The notes beneath the pieces were generated by a model. That model made no database searches. It was not told the origin of the DNA and saw only the letters and a program-made list of their open reading frames with translations. A program made the position numbers and the translations under genes. From the NCBI GenBank assembly GCA_963846575.1, contig CAWJWJ010000001.1:352001-416000 (forward strand): 64,000 bases of DNA, read 5' to 3'. Within the stretch, counting starts at the first letter, position 1, and each line of letters starts with the position of its first letter. Source of the stretch: an uncultured Nitrospiraceae bacterium. Its GTDB lineage: Bacteria > Nitrospirota > Nitrospiria > Nitrospirales > Nitrospiraceae. Positions 39,876 through 51,442 of this stretch are shown piece by piece.

Positions 39876-40232
39876 ATGGATACACCGGATACTGCTGCAA
39901 TTCCCACCGTTGTCACGCTCAGCGAGTCTGCCGTCAAGGAGGTCAAGCGCCTGATCAATGTGCAGGGTCTGACGGAAGGCGGGCTCCGGCTTGGGGTGAA
40001 GGGCGGCGGATGCTCAGGACTCAGCTATACGATCAACTTCGACGAAAAAATCGGCCAATACGATTCCGTATATGACATTGAAGGTGTGAAAGTGATTGTT
40101 GACGCCAAGAGCGCCATTTACCTGCAGGGGACGCAGTTGGATTTTCAGAAAGACTTGATGGGCGGCCAATTCAAGTTTGTGAATCCCAATGCCAACAAAA
40201 CCTGTGGTTGCGGGGAATCTTTCTCCGCATAA
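39876..40232 (+). CDS. iscA: A-type Fe-S carrier
   Basis: GGGCSG...TCGCGESF. Confidence 0.95.
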   Translation: MDTPDTAAIPTVVTLSESAVKEVKRLINVQGLTEGGLRLGVKGGGCSGLSYTINFDEKIGQYDSVYDIEGVKVIVDAKSAIYLQGTQLDFQKDLMGGQFKFVNPNANKTCGCGESFSA

Positions 40233-40307
40233 ATTGTCGCCAGGCCGGTATGTGTGCACCGTGAGCGTGGTGGTGCCCCCCATGCCGCATCGCATCGAGG
40301 ATTTCTT

Positions 40308-41027
40308 ATGGACCATGCTCCCAAATCCGCCAGATCCCGCACAGAGCTCCCAATGGCGCGGAGCATGTGTTGGCACTGTCAATCGGAAGTGGCGGGAGAG
40401 TACTTTTGCGAACGATGCGTGAAGGTCCAGCCGCTATCCAAAGAACAGGACTACTTCACATGTTTAGGGCTCCCACGGCTCCTCACCATTGATACAGAAG
40501 CTCTCGAGAACAAATTCTATGAAATGAGCCGCTCGTTCCATCCGGATTTTTTTCAAACCAAGACCGACACGGAGCGTACTATCAGCTTAGGGAACTCTGC
40601 GCTCCTTAATGCGGCGTACCGCACCCTCAAAGATCCAATTCAACGGGCGGAATACCTGGTGCGGTTGGAAGCCGGCTCGGTGAAGGAAATTCGGAATCAA
40701 CCGCCAGCAGACCTATTCGAAGAAATTCTCGCTTTGCAGGAGGATCTCGAAGAATACCGAGCTGTATCCGCTCACACCTCGACAGATCTCACAGCATTAC
40801 AGGCCAAACTCCAAACGGATCGTGAGACTCTTGAGCGACGTCAGCAGGATATGGAGTCTCGGCTCTTTGACCTCTTTGAAACCTGGGACCGGTTACAGCG
40901 TCAAGGAGAATCCACGGAGCCGATTCGGGCAAAAAAGGAGTCCGTCTTAAAAGAGGTGCGCGAATTGCTCTCCAACCGCACCTATGTCCGCAACATCGTC
41001 AACGACCTCGTCGCAACCGTGGGATAA
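40308..41027 (+). CDS. hscB: Fe-S co-chaperone with an N-terminal tetra-Cys motif
   Basis: CWHC...CERC, J-domain HPD, NAAYRTLKDP..RAEY; GAGG RBS. Confidence 0.93.
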   Translation: MDHAPKSARSRTELPMARSMCWHCQSEVAGEYFCERCVKVQPLSKEQDYFTCLGLPRLLTIDTEALENKFYEMSRSFHPDFFQTKTDTERTISLGNSALLNAAYRTLKDPIQRAEYLVRLEAGSVKEIRNQPPADLFEEILALQEDLEEYRAVSAHTSTDLTALQAKLQTDRETLERRQQDMESRLFDLFETWDRLQRQGESTEPIRAKKESVLKEVRELLSNRTYVRNIVNDLVATVG

Positions 41028-41036
41028 CACTAACTC

Positions 41037-42875
41037 ATGAGTCGTATAGTCGGAATCGATCTCGGCACCACAAATTCCCTCATCGCCTATATGGACGGGA
41101 ACACGCCTTCCATCGTCCCCGGGGCAAATGGCCGCACCATGGTGCCGTCCGTCGTCGCAATGACCGATAACGGACTCATCGTGGGCGATGCAGCCAAAGA
41201 GCATCTAGTACGGAACCCGGAACGCACCATTTACTCCGTCAAACGATTCATGGGAAAAGGTCTGGCCGATGTCCAGGGCGAGATTCCTTATTTTCCCTAT
41301 ACCTTGCACGAACAGGGTGGAGTAATCCGCATTCGCATCGGTGAGAAAAGTTATTCTCCGCCCCAGATCTCCGCCATGATTCTGAAAGAACTGAAACAAC
41401 GAGCGGAAAGCCATCTTGGAGAAAGCATCACCAAGGCTGTTATCACGGTACCCGCCTACTTCAACGACAGCCAGCGCCAAGCAACGAAGGACGCCGGCAT
41501 GATTGCCGGGTTAGAGGTACTTCGAATCATCAACGAACCGACCGCCGCTTCCTTGGCCTATGGCCTTCAGGAACGAACCCAGGGCACAATTGCGGTGTAT
41601 GACCTGGGTGGTGGAACCTTTGATATTTCCATTTTAAAGCTCAAGAACGGCATTTTCGAAGTACTGGCCACGAATGGAGATACCCACTTAGGCGGCGATG
41701 ACTTGGACCGCGTGATTGGGGACATGTTTGCCGCGGAGATTCGTCAACAATACGGGATCGACATTAGCCTGCATGCGGATGACATGCAGAGCCTTCGACT
41801 GGAAGCCGAACGCGCCAAGATTCGTTTATCGGACGAGCTTACGACCGGCATTAATTTGTCCCTTCCGGACGGGAAGGGACCGTATCAGCGTGAGTTGACG
41901 CGCGATCAATTGGAAGAGCTGACACTTCCACTTATCGAGCGCTCCCTCGGACCATGCCGTCTCGCGCTCAGCGATGCGGGACTCACACCGGCGGACATTG
42001 ATGAAGTGGTCTTGGTGGGCGGCTCAACAAGAATGCCGTTGGTTCGCCAGAACGTGGAAACTCTTTTCGGAAAACCCCCGCACTGGAACTTGGATCCCGA
42101 TGAGGTTGTGGCGCTAGGCGCCGCTGTGCAGGCCGATATTCTCTCCGGCGGAACAACTGATATGTTACTGCTGGATGTCACGCCGCTCTCGCTCGGCATC
42201 GAGACTATGGGCGGAGTTGTGAGTTCATTGATTCGTCGCAACACCACCATTCCAACCAGCGCAAAAGAAATGTTTACGACTTATGTGGATGGGCAGACTT
42301 CGGTAGATATTCATATACTCCAGGGCGAGCGGGAACTGGCAAAGGACAATCGCAGCCTGGCGCGTTTTCAACTCAAGATGCCGCCACTGCCGGCCGGGGT
42401 CCCTCGAATCGAAATCACCTTCCTGATCGATGCCAACGGGATTCTAAATGTCTCTGCGAGAGACGTTCGAACCGATGCCACCCAGTCTGTGGCCGTGAAA
42501 CCTTCTTATGGGCTCTCGGACGATGAAGTGGAACGAATGATCGGTGAGTCGTTCAAATTTGCCGCGGAAGATCTTAAGGCTCGTCAGTTGATCGAAGCCC
42601 GAAACGAAGCCGACGCCATTCTCCAAGCCACGAATAAGGCGCTCGGCCAGGGAAAGCACTTGCTGACCGCGGACGATTTAGCCGCGATTCAGTCGTCACT
42701 GACTCTGCTGGAGGCTGCCAAACTAACCGAGGACCACAAAGCGGTGCGGGCCCGTATCCACGACGTAGAAAAAGTCACCCATCATTTTGCCGAACTGTTG
42801 ATGGATACCTCCCTGAAGGAAGCGCTTCAGAACAAGAGCCTTTCGGAAGTGGCGGAACAGAGCAAGAAGACCTGA
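41037..42875 (+). CDS. hscA: Hsp70 Fe-S chaperone
   Basis: [17 protein letters not shown], isc operon context. Confidence 0.92.
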   Translation: MSRIVGIDLGTTNSLIAYMDGNTPSIVPGANGRTMVPSVVAMTDNGLIVGDAAKEHLVRNPERTIYSVKRFMGKGLADVQGEIPYFPYTLHEQGGVIRIRIGEKSYSPPQISAMILKELKQRAESHLGESITKAVITVPAYFNDSQRQATKDAGMIAGLEVLRIINEPTAASLAYGLQERTQGTIAVYDLGGGTFDISILKLKNGIFEVLATNGDTHLGGDDLDRVIGDMFAAEIRQQYGIDISLHADDMQSLRLEAERAKIRLSDELTTGINLSLPDGKGPYQRELTRDQLEELTLPLIERSLGPCRLALSDAGLTPADIDEVVLVGGSTRMPLVRQNVETLFGKPPHWNLDPDEVVALGAAVQADILSGGTTDMLLLDVTPLSLGIETMGGVVSSLIRRNTTIPTSAKEMFTTYVDGQTSVDIHILQGERELAKDNRSLARFQLKMPPLPAGVPRIEITFLIDANGILNVSARDVRTDATQSVAVKPSYGLSDDEVERMIGESFKFAAEDLKARQLIEARNEADAILQATNKALGQGKHLLTADDLAAIQSSLTLLEAAKLTEDHKAVRARIHDVEKVTHHFAELLMDTSLKEALQNKSLSEVAEQSKKT

Positions 42876-42894
42876 CTCATTAAGGAGTTGCTGG

Positions 42895-43107
42895 ATGGAC
42901 TTGAAATGGAGCGATACGGAAGAACTGGCGATACGATTAGTGGAGGCTCACCCCGCCACGGATCCTCTGACCGTGCGTTTTACCGATATGCACGCTTGGA
43001 TCATTGCGCTCCCAGAGTTTAAGGATGATCCTAAGAAATCAAATGAGAAGACTCTCGAATCCATCCAAATGGCCTGGCACGAAGAGTATCAGGATTCATT
43101 GTCTTGA
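42895..43107 (+). CDS. iscX: Fe-S assembly protein IscX
   Basis: LKWSD..ELA..L....P..DP..VRFTDM..W...L..F.DDP...NEK.LE.IQ.AW. Confidence 0.95.
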   Translation: MDLKWSDTEELAIRLVEAHPATDPLTVRFTDMHAWIIALPEFKDDPKKSNEKTLESIQMAWHEEYQDSLS

Positions 43108-43233
43108 TGACCTGGTGAAGCCTCTCCTGCCGATCAACTCGGCGCAGAACCCCACACATCACTCCGGCTTGCAGGCGGTGCCGCAGGTCAGGGCACGCCA
43201 CCTTCGAACAGGAAATCTACTTGGCTTCCTCGC

Positions 43234-45642
43234 CTAGGGCTCGACAGGGGCAGGCAAAGGACTTATCGGAACACCTTCCGGGATTTGATCGAGCTTGTAG
43301 AAGTCCGTGGCGTCGATCTTCGATCCGGCACGTTTGGTTGGTTCGGTCCCTTTGGTAAAGAGCTCAACGGTTCCGTGCTGTTCATCTTGGTCGGTCAAAA
43401 GAGCGGTCGCGGGATCGACCTTTACAAACATAACGCCGTCAGGGATCTCAAAGGGCACCACGGGCAGCTGCTTCAGGGCCTCCTTCATGAACGCTGCCCA
43501 AATCGGAAGCGCCGCATGCGCGCCCGATTCTGTCTCACCCAGCGGACGGCGGTCATCGAAGCCGACCCACGTTCCCGCCGCCAAGTTGGGAGTCGCACCG
43601 ATGAACCAGGCATCGGTGAAGTCGTTGGTCGTCCCGGTTTTTCCAGCCACAGGCCGTTCAATTGCGGCCTTAGCTGCCACCCCTGTACCGCGCTGGATGA
43701 CGTCCTCCATCATATTGGTAATCAAGTACGCCGTCTCACGCGACACCACCTGCCTGGGCTGCACGGCAGTCTGATCCAAAGTTCGGCCACCGCTGTCCTG
43801 CACGCTTGCCACCGCATAGGGCTCGACGCGCATGCCCTGGTTAGCAAACACGCCATAGACTGACACCAGTTCCATCAACCCCACGCCCGAGGAACCCAGT
43901 GCGAGGGAAAGATCCGCTGCCAGAGGGCTCACAACGCCGACCGTCCGCGAAAAGTCGATCACGTTCCTAATGCCGACCTTGTCCAGTAGACGGACAGTGG
44001 CCAGATTATGTGAATGAATCAAAGCCTCTCGCAGGCTCACAATGCCATGGAATCGCTTGCCGTAATTTTCTGGCTTCCAAGTCTTATCTTCTTCCTCCTG
44101 TTCGTACACAACGGGGGCGTCCAATACGACCGTAGCCGGACTCATGCCTTGATTCATCGCAGCGGCATAGATAATCGGTTTGAATGCCGATCCCGGCTGG
44201 CGACGAGCCAGAACAGCTCGGTTATACTCACTGCGGGTAAAATCATATCCGCCGACCATGGCGCGGATAGCGCCGGTCTTAGGATCGAGGGCAAGTAGCG
44301 CACCCTCGGTGACCGGCGTCTGCTCCAATCGTAGATGTATCGTATCCTTTTCCAGCTTTTTAACGCCCACCTCGATGACATCGCCCGGCGTCAGAAGCTG
44401 CTTGAGGTTCTTGACCGTAACAACGTCTTTGTTAGGATCCTTGCCCTTCAGGTATTTAGACGCCCACCCCATGTCGTCGAACGAGAGCCGACCCGTGCTG
44501 CCTCCGATTTGAACGAGCACATGATCCTTGGCAGTTTTTATCACCACCCCTTCCATTACATCCCCCTCTGCCAGCTTCACGGAGGGATCAGGGGCCGGGA
44601 CTTCCATGGTCGTGAGATCGACGGTGCGAATCGGCCCTCGCCAGCCCTGACGCTTGTCTATCTCCCGTAACCCGTTGAAGACGGCTGCTTCCGCAACCTT
44701 TTGCATGTCGCCATTCAGGGTGGTGAACACTTCCAATCCGCCCTTGTAGACCATGGCCTCACCGAATTTCGCTACCAACAACTGGCGGATATACTCAACA
44801 AAATAGGGCCCTAAATGCTCGCTTCCGGGACGGCGGAAGTTCAGTTTTTCACCGACCGCCTGTTCGCGATCAGCCCGGCTGATAAAGCCCGCCTCTTCCA
44901 TACGCCCCAACACGTGCTCTTGTCGTCGCTTCGCCCGGTCATAGGCCTTAAACGGCGAATAGTGGCTCGGCGATTTAGGGAGTCCGGCCAGGAAGGCGAC
45001 TTCCGCCAAGCTCAACTTGGGAAGCTCCTTGCCGAAATAGGTCTGACTCGCCGCCGCCACGCCATAGGCGCCCTGACCAAAATAGATTTGATTCAAATAC
45101 ATTTCCAGGATCTGTTCCTTGGTCAGCACCAATTCCATCTTGTAGGCCAGAATCAGCTCGCGAAGTTTGCGGTCAAAAGTCCGCTCCGCGGAAAGAAACA
45201 AGGAACGTGCGAGCTGCTGTGTAATGGTGCTTGCGCCTTCAACCCTCCGCCCGCCATGGCGAATGTTGGTCCATGCCGCCCGCAGGATGCCGACGATGTC
45301 TAACCCAGGATGTTCGAAAAACCTCGCATCTTCAGTTGCAATCACGGCCCGAGTCAGGCTTTTGGGGATGTCCTGCAGAGGCCTGAGGAACCGCCGTTCG
45401 ATGAAAAATTGGCCGATAACTTGGCGGTCATCGGAGTAGACTCGAGTGACTAGACTCGGCTGATAATTTTGCAGAGGCTCTAGCGAGGGGAGATCTTGAG
45501 AAAAATACCAGAGGATGCCCGCCGCGCCGCCGCCGCCGAGCACCAGGGCCAGCAGGAGCCCGATTAACGTGACCTTCCACCAGCGCCAACGACGGCGAGG
45601 CTTCTCCGGCTTATCGAGTAAGTGATCGAATTCGGATGACAT
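43234..45642 (-). CDS. mrcA: class A penicillin-binding protein 1A
   Basis: TM anchor, EDARFFEHPG, GASTITQQL, QPGSAFKP (SxxK), SHN, KTG. Confidence 0.95.
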   Translation of the reverse strand: MSSEFDHLLDKPEKPRRRWRWWKVTLIGLLLALVLGGGGAAGILWYFSQDLPSLEPLQNYQPSLVTRVYSDDRQVIGQFFIERRFLRPLQDIPKSLTRAVIATEDARFFEHPGLDIVGILRAAWTNIRHGGRRVEGASTITQQLARSLFLSAERTFDRKLRELILAYKMELVLTKEQILEMYLNQIYFGQGAYGVAAASQTYFGKELPKLSLAEVAFLAGLPKSPSHYSPFKAYDRAKRRQEHVLGRMEEAGFISRADREQAVGEKLNFRRPGSEHLGPYFVEYIRQLLVAKFGEAMVYKGGLEVFTTLNGDMQKVAEAAVFNGLREIDKRQGWRGPIRTVDLTTMEVPAPDPSVKLAEGDVMEGVVIKTAKDHVLVQIGGSTGRLSFDDMGWASKYLKGKDPNKDVVTVKNLKQLLTPGDVIEVGVKKLEKDTIHLRLEQTPVTEGALLALDPKTGAIRAMVGGYDFTRSEYNRAVLARRQPGSAFKPIIYAAAMNQGMSPATVVLDAPVVYEQEEEDKTWKPENYGKRFHGIVSLREALIHSHNLATVRLLDKVGIRNVIDFSRTVGVVSPLAADLSLALGSSGVGLMELVSVYGVFANQGMRVEPYAVASVQDSGGRTLDQTAVQPRQVVSRETAYLITNMMEDVIQRGTGVAAKAAIERPVAGKTGTTNDFTDAWFIGATPNLAAGTWVGFDDRRPLGETESGAHAALPIWAAFMKEALKQLPVVPFEIPDGVMFVKVDPATALLTDQDEQHGTVELFTKGTEPTKRAGSKIDATDFYKLDQIPEGVPISPLPAPVEP

Positions 45643-45767
45643 GGAGTTGGGTGATTGCGAGGAAAGAGGCAACCCGCTACCATGACACCATACAATGCCC
45701 CTCCAACAAACTCAAGCAAGCTTCAAACATCGGCCGATGCAGTCTTTGAAGAGAATTTCGCATCGAC

Positions 45768-45797
45768 TTGTAGTAACGCATTCGAATCAGGTATACT
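45768..45797 (+). promoter_or_regulatory. typA promoter candidate
   Basis: TTGTAG ... TATACT (45792-45797). Confidence 0.4.
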
Positions 45798-45806
45798 CCA
45801 GCGGTT

Positions 45807-45838
45807 AAGACGCCTTCATAGGAAGGCGTCTTTTTTTT
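45807..45838 (+). terminator. intrinsic terminator-like hairpin directly upstream of typA
   Basis: AAGACGCCTTC-ATAG-GAAGGCGTCTT within a T8 run. Confidence 0.65.
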
Positions 45839-45862
45839 GGCACTCTCACGGCATTGGAGATT

Positions 45863-47746
45863 ATGAACACCTCAGCGCCCTCATCCACAGCCCATGGTCT
45901 GCATGCGCCGCAAGGTCGTCGGACCGATATACGTAATATCGCCATCATCGCGCACGTCGATCACGGCAAAACCACTCTCGTTGACGCCGTGTTGCGCCAG
46001 ACCCACGTCCATCGCAAGATCGATGATATGGGCGAACGCATCATGGACTCAATGGATCAGGAACGTGAGCGCGGCATCACCATCCGGGCCAAAAATGCGA
46101 GCGTCACGTATAAGGGTGTAAAAATCAACATCGTCGATACGCCGGGCCATGCCGATTTCGGCGGCGAGGTCGAGCGTACACTCCGCATGGTGGACGGGGT
46201 CTTGATTCTCATCGATGCCAAGGAAGGCCCCATGCCGCAGACAACCTTTGTTCTGCGGAAGGCACTGGCCCTCGGCCATAAAGCAATCGTTGTCATCAAT
46301 AAAATCGACCGTCCCGATGCGGTCATCGACGATGTCGTCAATCGCACCTTCGATCTGTTCGTGCATTTGGGCGCCACCGACGAGCAACTCGACTTTCCCA
46401 TTGTCTATACCTCCGCCATCAAGGGCGTCGCGACCCTGGATTTGAAGGAACCGGGCACGGAGATCGCCCCGCTGCTTGAAACGATCCTTGAAAAGATCCC
46501 AGCGCCGGCCATCAACCGCGATGCCCCGTTCCAGCTTCTTGTCTTGGCCCTTGCGCAGGATTCCTATAAAGGGAAAATGGGGATCGGCAAGATTCAGTCA
46601 GGGTCGATCACACGGCGTCAGAACGTGGTGACTCTCACAAAAGACGGCGGACAGGTTGCCGGCAGGATTTCAGATCTCGCGGTTTTCTCGGGTCTTGACC
46701 GTAGCGATGTGGAAAGCGCCGAAGCCGGCGAGATCGTCGCGCTCTCCGGGCTGGAAGAAGTGAACATTGGAGACACGATTGCCGATCCGACGAATCCCAT
46801 CGCCCTTCCCCGGGTGACCATCGACGAACCGACTGTACAAATGACTTTTTCAGTGAACAATAGCCCCTTCGCCGGCCGCGAGGGCAAATATCTCACGTCG
46901 CGCCATCTGCGTGAGCGGCTGTTCAAGGAACTAGAAACCAACGTCTCGTTGCGCGTGCAGGAAACAGACAGCGCCGACCGTTTCCTCGTCGCAGGCCGCG
47001 GCGAACTCCATCTCGGAGTACTCATAGAGCAAATGCGACGTGAAGGTTATGAATTACAGATTTCCCAGCCCGAGGTGATTCTGCACAGGGACGGCGATCA
47101 GGTGACGGAACCCTTCGAAGAACTGACCATCCAAGTTCCCTCGGAATATCAGGGACCGGTCATCGAGGAAATCGGCAAGCGACGCGGAGAACTCCGGCAT
47201 ATGAAACTCGTGCATTCCGAGGGTACCGCCAGCGAAATGCATATCGAGTATCACATCCCCACACGCGGCATTATCGGTCTTAAAAACATCCTATTGGCCA
47301 AAACGCGCGGCACCGTCATCCTGCATCACGTATTCTCCGACTACGCTCCGGCTGACGAAAAGACGCTGCTGGTGGCACCGCACGGTTCCCTGGTGGCTTT
47401 TGAGGCCGGCACGAGCACCGCTTACGCGCTGTTCATGACACAGGAACGCGGAGAATTGTTCATCGGCGCGTCAGTCGAGGTCTATCAGGGCATGGTGGTC
47501 GGCCAGAACAGTCGCGATGAGGATCTGGACGTAAATGTGTGCAAGCAGAAACAATTGAGCAACATGCGCGCTGCCGGAACGGACGAAGCGCTGGTACTCA
47601 CCCCACCGCGTGAAATGTCTTTGGAATTCGCCATGGAATACATCGGCCAGGATGAACTTGTCGAAGTCACACCGAAACATCTCCGCCTTCGGAAACGGCT
47701 CTTGAACCCTGACGACCGCCGGAAAGCGAAAAAAAGCTCGAAGTAA
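45863..47746 (+). CDS. typA: translational GTPase TypA/BipA
   Basis: [43 protein letters not shown]. Confidence 0.97.
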   Translation: MNTSAPSSTAHGLHAPQGRRTDIRNIAIIAHVDHGKTTLVDAVLRQTHVHRKIDDMGERIMDSMDQERERGITIRAKNASVTYKGVKINIVDTPGHADFGGEVERTLRMVDGVLILIDAKEGPMPQTTFVLRKALALGHKAIVVINKIDRPDAVIDDVVNRTFDLFVHLGATDEQLDFPIVYTSAIKGVATLDLKEPGTEIAPLLETILEKIPAPAINRDAPFQLLVLALAQDSYKGKMGIGKIQSGSITRRQNVVTLTKDGGQVAGRISDLAVFSGLDRSDVESAEAGEIVALSGLEEVNIGDTIADPTNPIALPRVTIDEPTVQMTFSVNNSPFAGREGKYLTSRHLRERLFKELETNVSLRVQETDSADRFLVAGRGELHLGVLIEQMRREGYELQISQPEVILHRDGDQVTEPFEELTIQVPSEYQGPVIEEIGKRRGELRHMKLVHSEGTASEMHIEYHIPTRGIIGLKNILLAKTRGTVILHHVFSDYAPADEKTLLVAPHGSLVAFEAGTSTAYALFMTQERGELFIGASVEVYQGMVVGQNSRDEDLDVNVCKQKQLSNMRAAGTDEALVLTPPREMSLEFAMEYIGQDELVEVTPKHLRLRKRLLNPDDRRKAKKSSK

Positions 47747-47783
47747 CCCTGCGCGGCACTCTGCGCTATAGCGTGTAGTCCGC

Positions 47784-48539
47784 ATGAAGATTCGGAAAAA
47801 AACTCCCAAGCCAGCCCAGGCGAAACCTCCGCTCTACCTGGTCGGGTATCACGACTTGTCGCCGTCCCTGGGGGAACTGGCGCGTTGGTACGATCTTCAG
47901 TACGGAGGCTCCCTCTCCTGCGTCGAGCGCGACCCTGGCCGCCCTATCAGCGCCACCCACGGACCCTGGCACGCACAGATCCTGATCGACCTGCCGGAGG
48001 CCGATGCGGCGCAATGGCACGGGATCTTATCCTGGGATCATCGCGCACTTGGAATGGTCTCGCCGGCCACTGCCCCACCTAGTACTATCACGGATACTGT
48101 TTTGCTGGCTGCCCGTCTCGCCCGCGGCATGACCTTACTCACCCAAGGCACTGCCTTCGACATCACCTGTCAGGAGTATCTCAACCCTTCGGACTGGAGT
48201 GATCGGCCATTGAATGACTTTGTGGTGCGCGATCATGTTTCCGTTCAACACAACGACACCGGTGGTCCCTCATCCGAATGGTTCCATACGCTAGGCATGA
48301 CAAAATTCGGCCTGGACGAATTGGAGGTGATCCAACCTCGTGGCCTCCCGGAGTCCGATACGATCTCCCTTCTCATGTCGGCAGCTCAGGGAGTATTGAG
48401 AGCAGGCCAGAATCAGAAGGTAGGAACTGTCCTGGACCTCCCCGCTCTGGCCCAGACGATTCGCTTCATCAAGCACCGTACAGCCGCACCAGCTGGTCGC
48501 ATGCTGGCCTTTCGAGAAATTACGACCGCACTTTTCTGA
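47784..48539 (+). CDS. hypothetical protein (C-terminal HTxGMxxFGLxELE, DUF4261-like)
   Basis: 251-aa ORF; WFHTLGMTKFGLDELEV. Confidence 0.7.
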   Translation: MKIRKKTPKPAQAKPPLYLVGYHDLSPSLGELARWYDLQYGGSLSCVERDPGRPISATHGPWHAQILIDLPEADAAQWHGILSWDHRALGMVSPATAPPSTITDTVLLAARLARGMTLLTQGTAFDITCQEYLNPSDWSDRPLNDFVVRDHVSVQHNDTGGPSSEWFHTLGMTKFGLDELEVIQPRGLPESDTISLLMSAAQGVLRAGQNQKVGTVLDLPALAQTIRFIKHRTAAPAGRMLAFREITTALF

Positions 48540-48701
48540 CCGGAACCCCGTCACTATCAAACCATTCTTCCGTGTCGGATACATCCGGAGCGGTTGCCAG
48601 GCCGCACCTAGGTCTTTTGGCCCCGTTGACAAGGTTTTTCAAGGCGTGGTACCACAAAAAGGTTTTGCAGAGTCGAGTAGGTCTAACCTAGGAGGATCGC
48701 A

Positions 48702-49172
48702 ATGAGTGATGTGGCTGCAGAAATTAAAGTCGGCGATACCGCGCCGGATTTCACATTAAAAGATCAGGACCAGAAAGACGTGAAGTTGAGCGACTTCAAG
48801 GGAAAAAAGAATGTCGTCCTGGCGTTTTACCCGCTCGATTGGAGCCCGGTTTGTCAGGGTGAGAACAAATGTCTCACCGATGACTTCCCCCAATTTCAAA
48901 ATGCCAATTCAGAACTCTTCGGCATCAGCTGCGACAGCTTCTTCTCTCATAAAGCATGGGCGGATTCCCTGGATCTCAAGCATCGCCTGCTGTCCGACTT
49001 CAACCGGGAAGTGGTCAAGAAGTACGGCTTGTATTTTGAGCCGTTGAACTGCGGCAAGCGCGCAACGGTGATCGTCGATAAGAACGGCAAAGTTGCCTAC
49101 GTGAAAGTACAGGAAATCAAGGTGGCGCGGGACGACAAAGACATTCTCGCCGCCCTCGCAAAGCTGAGCTAA
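48702..49172 (+). CDS. peroxiredoxin (AhpC/TSA family)
   Basis: [34 protein letters not shown]. Confidence 0.93.
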   Translation: MSDVAAEIKVGDTAPDFTLKDQDQKDVKLSDFKGKKNVVLAFYPLDWSPVCQGENKCLTDDFPQFQNANSELFGISCDSFFSHKAWADSLDLKHRLLSDFNREVVKKYGLYFEPLNCGKRATVIVDKNGKVAYVKVQEIKVARDDKDILAALAKLS

Positions 49173-49247
49173 TTTGCATGATGAAGACCGAGCGGTGAGG
49201 CCTCCGACCGGCCTTCCCTCGGTCTTTGCCATAATTAAGGACACACG

Positions 49248-49583
49248 ATGACCGGCTTGGTGCAAGACGTCCGCGACGAGAACTACAAAGAATTTACCGA
49301 GAGCAAGGGAGCCGTCGTGGCTTACGGCCTGGCGACCTGCGAGCCTTGCAAACAGTACGATCCGATACTGGAAGAGACCGCCGCGAAGTTTCCGGACATT
49401 AAGATTGGGAAGGCTAAGATGCATGTCCCAGGCCGCTGCCGGGAAATTAAGAGGGCGCATGCATTTGAAACCTATCCCACTACTCACCTCTTTGCGAATG
49501 GCAAACTCCTCCTTACGCGAGAGGGGGTTGTCGAAGCAGCCGAACTAGCGGCCTTGATCTCCGACCATCTCATCAAGCAATAA
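49248..49583 (+). CDS. thioredoxin-family protein
   Basis: TCEPCK, YPT cis-Pro. Confidence 0.85.
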   Translation: MTGLVQDVRDENYKEFTESKGAVVAYGLATCEPCKQYDPILEETAAKFPDIKIGKAKMHVPGRCREIKRAHAFETYPTTHLFANGKLLLTREGVVEAAELAALISDHLIKQ

Positions 49584-49816
49584 CGCTGCCGCTCACTTGT
49601 GGCACTGCGCCACCCTCCGACCGTTGCAGCTCTCACATTCTCGCCCCGCGCGAACTCTCAAAGATTCCAGCGGCAGACAGAGACATGCCGCGGGCTGGGA
49701 GGAGGCTGCAGAGGCCTGGAACGACTGTCCTACACATTTTCTCCTGCTGGCAGGGTACAATACGCGCTGGCAGCCATAAATCGGGATCTCCTCGGCAGAC
49801 CACTCAACATCGACTG

Positions 49817-50686
49817 ATGCATATCAAGCTCTTCTTTACATGTGCCCTCGTGCTCTTGGGATGCTTGCTCTCTATGGCGCGCCTGGAAGCCTTCGGCCAG
49901 TCCCGTCCATACACATGGACGGCACAGCGCTTCTCCAGTCTCCCAGCCATGCAGCCCTTCGCGATTCTCGTCGGCACCCATCGCGAGCCGCCAATGGTGC
50001 TCATCCCCGCCGGCGAATTCGCCATGGGCAGCGACCGCGGCCAGGACGACGAGCAACCGGTCCATCGGGTAGTTCTCAAACCATTTTATCTGGACGCGCA
50101 CGAAGTCACCGTCTCACACTATGGCAATTTTCTGAACTCACAGAAACCTGATCCGCCCTTTAAGTGGAACGAAGCCATGACGGGAACTCAAGGCGACAAG
50201 CCCGTGATCGGAGTCAATTGGTACGATGCGCGCGACTATTGCCGCTGGGTAGGAAAGCGGTTGCCCACAGAAGCCGAATGGGAAATGGCGGCACGAGGGA
50301 ACGAAGGGCGTATCTATCCTTGGGGCAGCGACCACCCGACCAGGAGCCACGCCAATGCAGGGCATAGTAAATGGCATGGGTATGACACGCTCACCAACGT
50401 CGGGAAATACGAGCTGGGAAAAACTCCGAACGGGGTGTACGACCTGGCAGGGAATCTCTGGGAATGGGTCGCTGACTGGTACGATCCCATCTACTATCAG
50501 TTCAGTCCGCGCGACAACCCGGCCGGTCCTTCGGCGGGCCCCCTTCGGGCCCTGCGAGGAGGCGCTTGGAACAATGACTCCAAGACTATTCGGTCCGCCA
50601 ATCGAGCCGGATACGCGCCCAATACTCGGCGGAATGATGTAGGGTTTCGTTGTGCAAGAGATGCGACCCCGTCCGGCGCTCGCTAA
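49817..50686 (+). CDS. exported formylglycine-generating-enzyme (SUMF1/FGE-sulfatase) domain protein
   Basis: IPAGEFAMG, RLPTEAEWE.AARG, YDLAGNLWEW, RGGAW, GFRCA. Confidence 0.93.
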   Translation: MHIKLFFTCALVLLGCLLSMARLEAFGQSRPYTWTAQRFSSLPAMQPFAILVGTHREPPMVLIPAGEFAMGSDRGQDDEQPVHRVVLKPFYLDAHEVTVSHYGNFLNSQKPDPPFKWNEAMTGTQGDKPVIGVNWYDARDYCRWVGKRLPTEAEWEMAARGNEGRIYPWGSDHPTRSHANAGHSKWHGYDTLTNVGKYELGKTPNGVYDLAGNLWEWVADWYDPIYYQFSPRDNPAGPSAGPLRALRGGAWNNDSKTIRSANRAGYAPNTRRNDVGFRCARDATPSGAR

Positions 50687-51441
50687 AATAGACGAGAGCT
50701 GAACGTCGAGGGTGTGGCGTCGGCGGTCCTCGTGACCTGATTCATACCTGTAGAGCGATCCGTAGCCCGCAAGCGGATCTTAAATACCACTCGTCGGCTC
50801 TTGTCCCGATCAAGGACCCGTGACTGGTCGAGGACGAGGTCCTGCCGCCCTCGACCGCTGGCGGAAGTCTTCTCCTGAAAACAGCGATAGGCCCAGGGCG
50901 CCGAATCCCGAATCACCGCAAGGCCCTTTACCATCACATTCAGGGAACGTTCCTGGCTCAACTTCAGATTGTAGATATCCGACCCGCGATCGTCGGTATG
51001 GCCCTCAATCACCAATGAATCGATCCGATTCCGTAATGTGCCGCACATGAGCATGGCATAACTCGGCATGGCCTCCCCTAGAAATCGATCTGCGACAGCC
51101 GTGAGCGACCCCTTGCCGAACTCGAAATTCAGCAGGGCCTCCGGCACCACGATTCTCAGGACATGAGGGTCGGCCGGGTCCGCATCGAGCGACAGATCGA
51201 AGCGTTGAAAATGATCGTGCAGCAAGGTCTTGATATCGTCGGTCGAGATCTTCGCCGCCTGCGGTGCCTGCACCGGGATCGGAGCTGGCATCTTAGCTTG
51301 CGACTCAGTTTCGGACACTTTGGTGACATACGCGCTGAAGAGCAAAATGAAAATGACCGCAAGGGAGGTCATCAAATCGGTTACCCCGATGGTGAGTACA
51401 GATGAAGGTCCTTGAGACTCAGGCAAGGGATGGGTGTTCAT
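50683..51441 (-). CDS. ZorB-like (MotB/OmpA) protein
   Basis: TM with Asp (TDLMTSLAVIFILL), IEGHTD, NLKLSQERS, SRRVVFKI. Confidence 0.85.
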   Translation of the reverse strand: MNTHPLPESQGPSSVLTIGVTDLMTSLAVIFILLFSAYVTKVSETESQAKMPAPIPVQAPQAAKISTDDIKTLLHDHFQRFDLSLDADPADPHVLRIVVPEALLNFEFGKGSLTAVADRFLGEAMPSYAMLMCGTLRNRIDSLVIEGHTDDRGSDIYNLKLSQERSLNVMVKGLAVIRDSAPWAYRCFQEKTSASGRGRQDLVLDQSRVLDRDKSRRVVFKIRLRATDRSTGMNQVTRTADATPSTFSSRLF

Positions 51442-51442
51442 C

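Noticed and set aside
41037..42875. dnaK call
   Set aside because: Position between hscB and iscX indicates HscA
45838..45854. TGGCAC-N7-GCA sigma54-like motif before typA
   Set aside because: Implied transcription start would fall at or after the start codon
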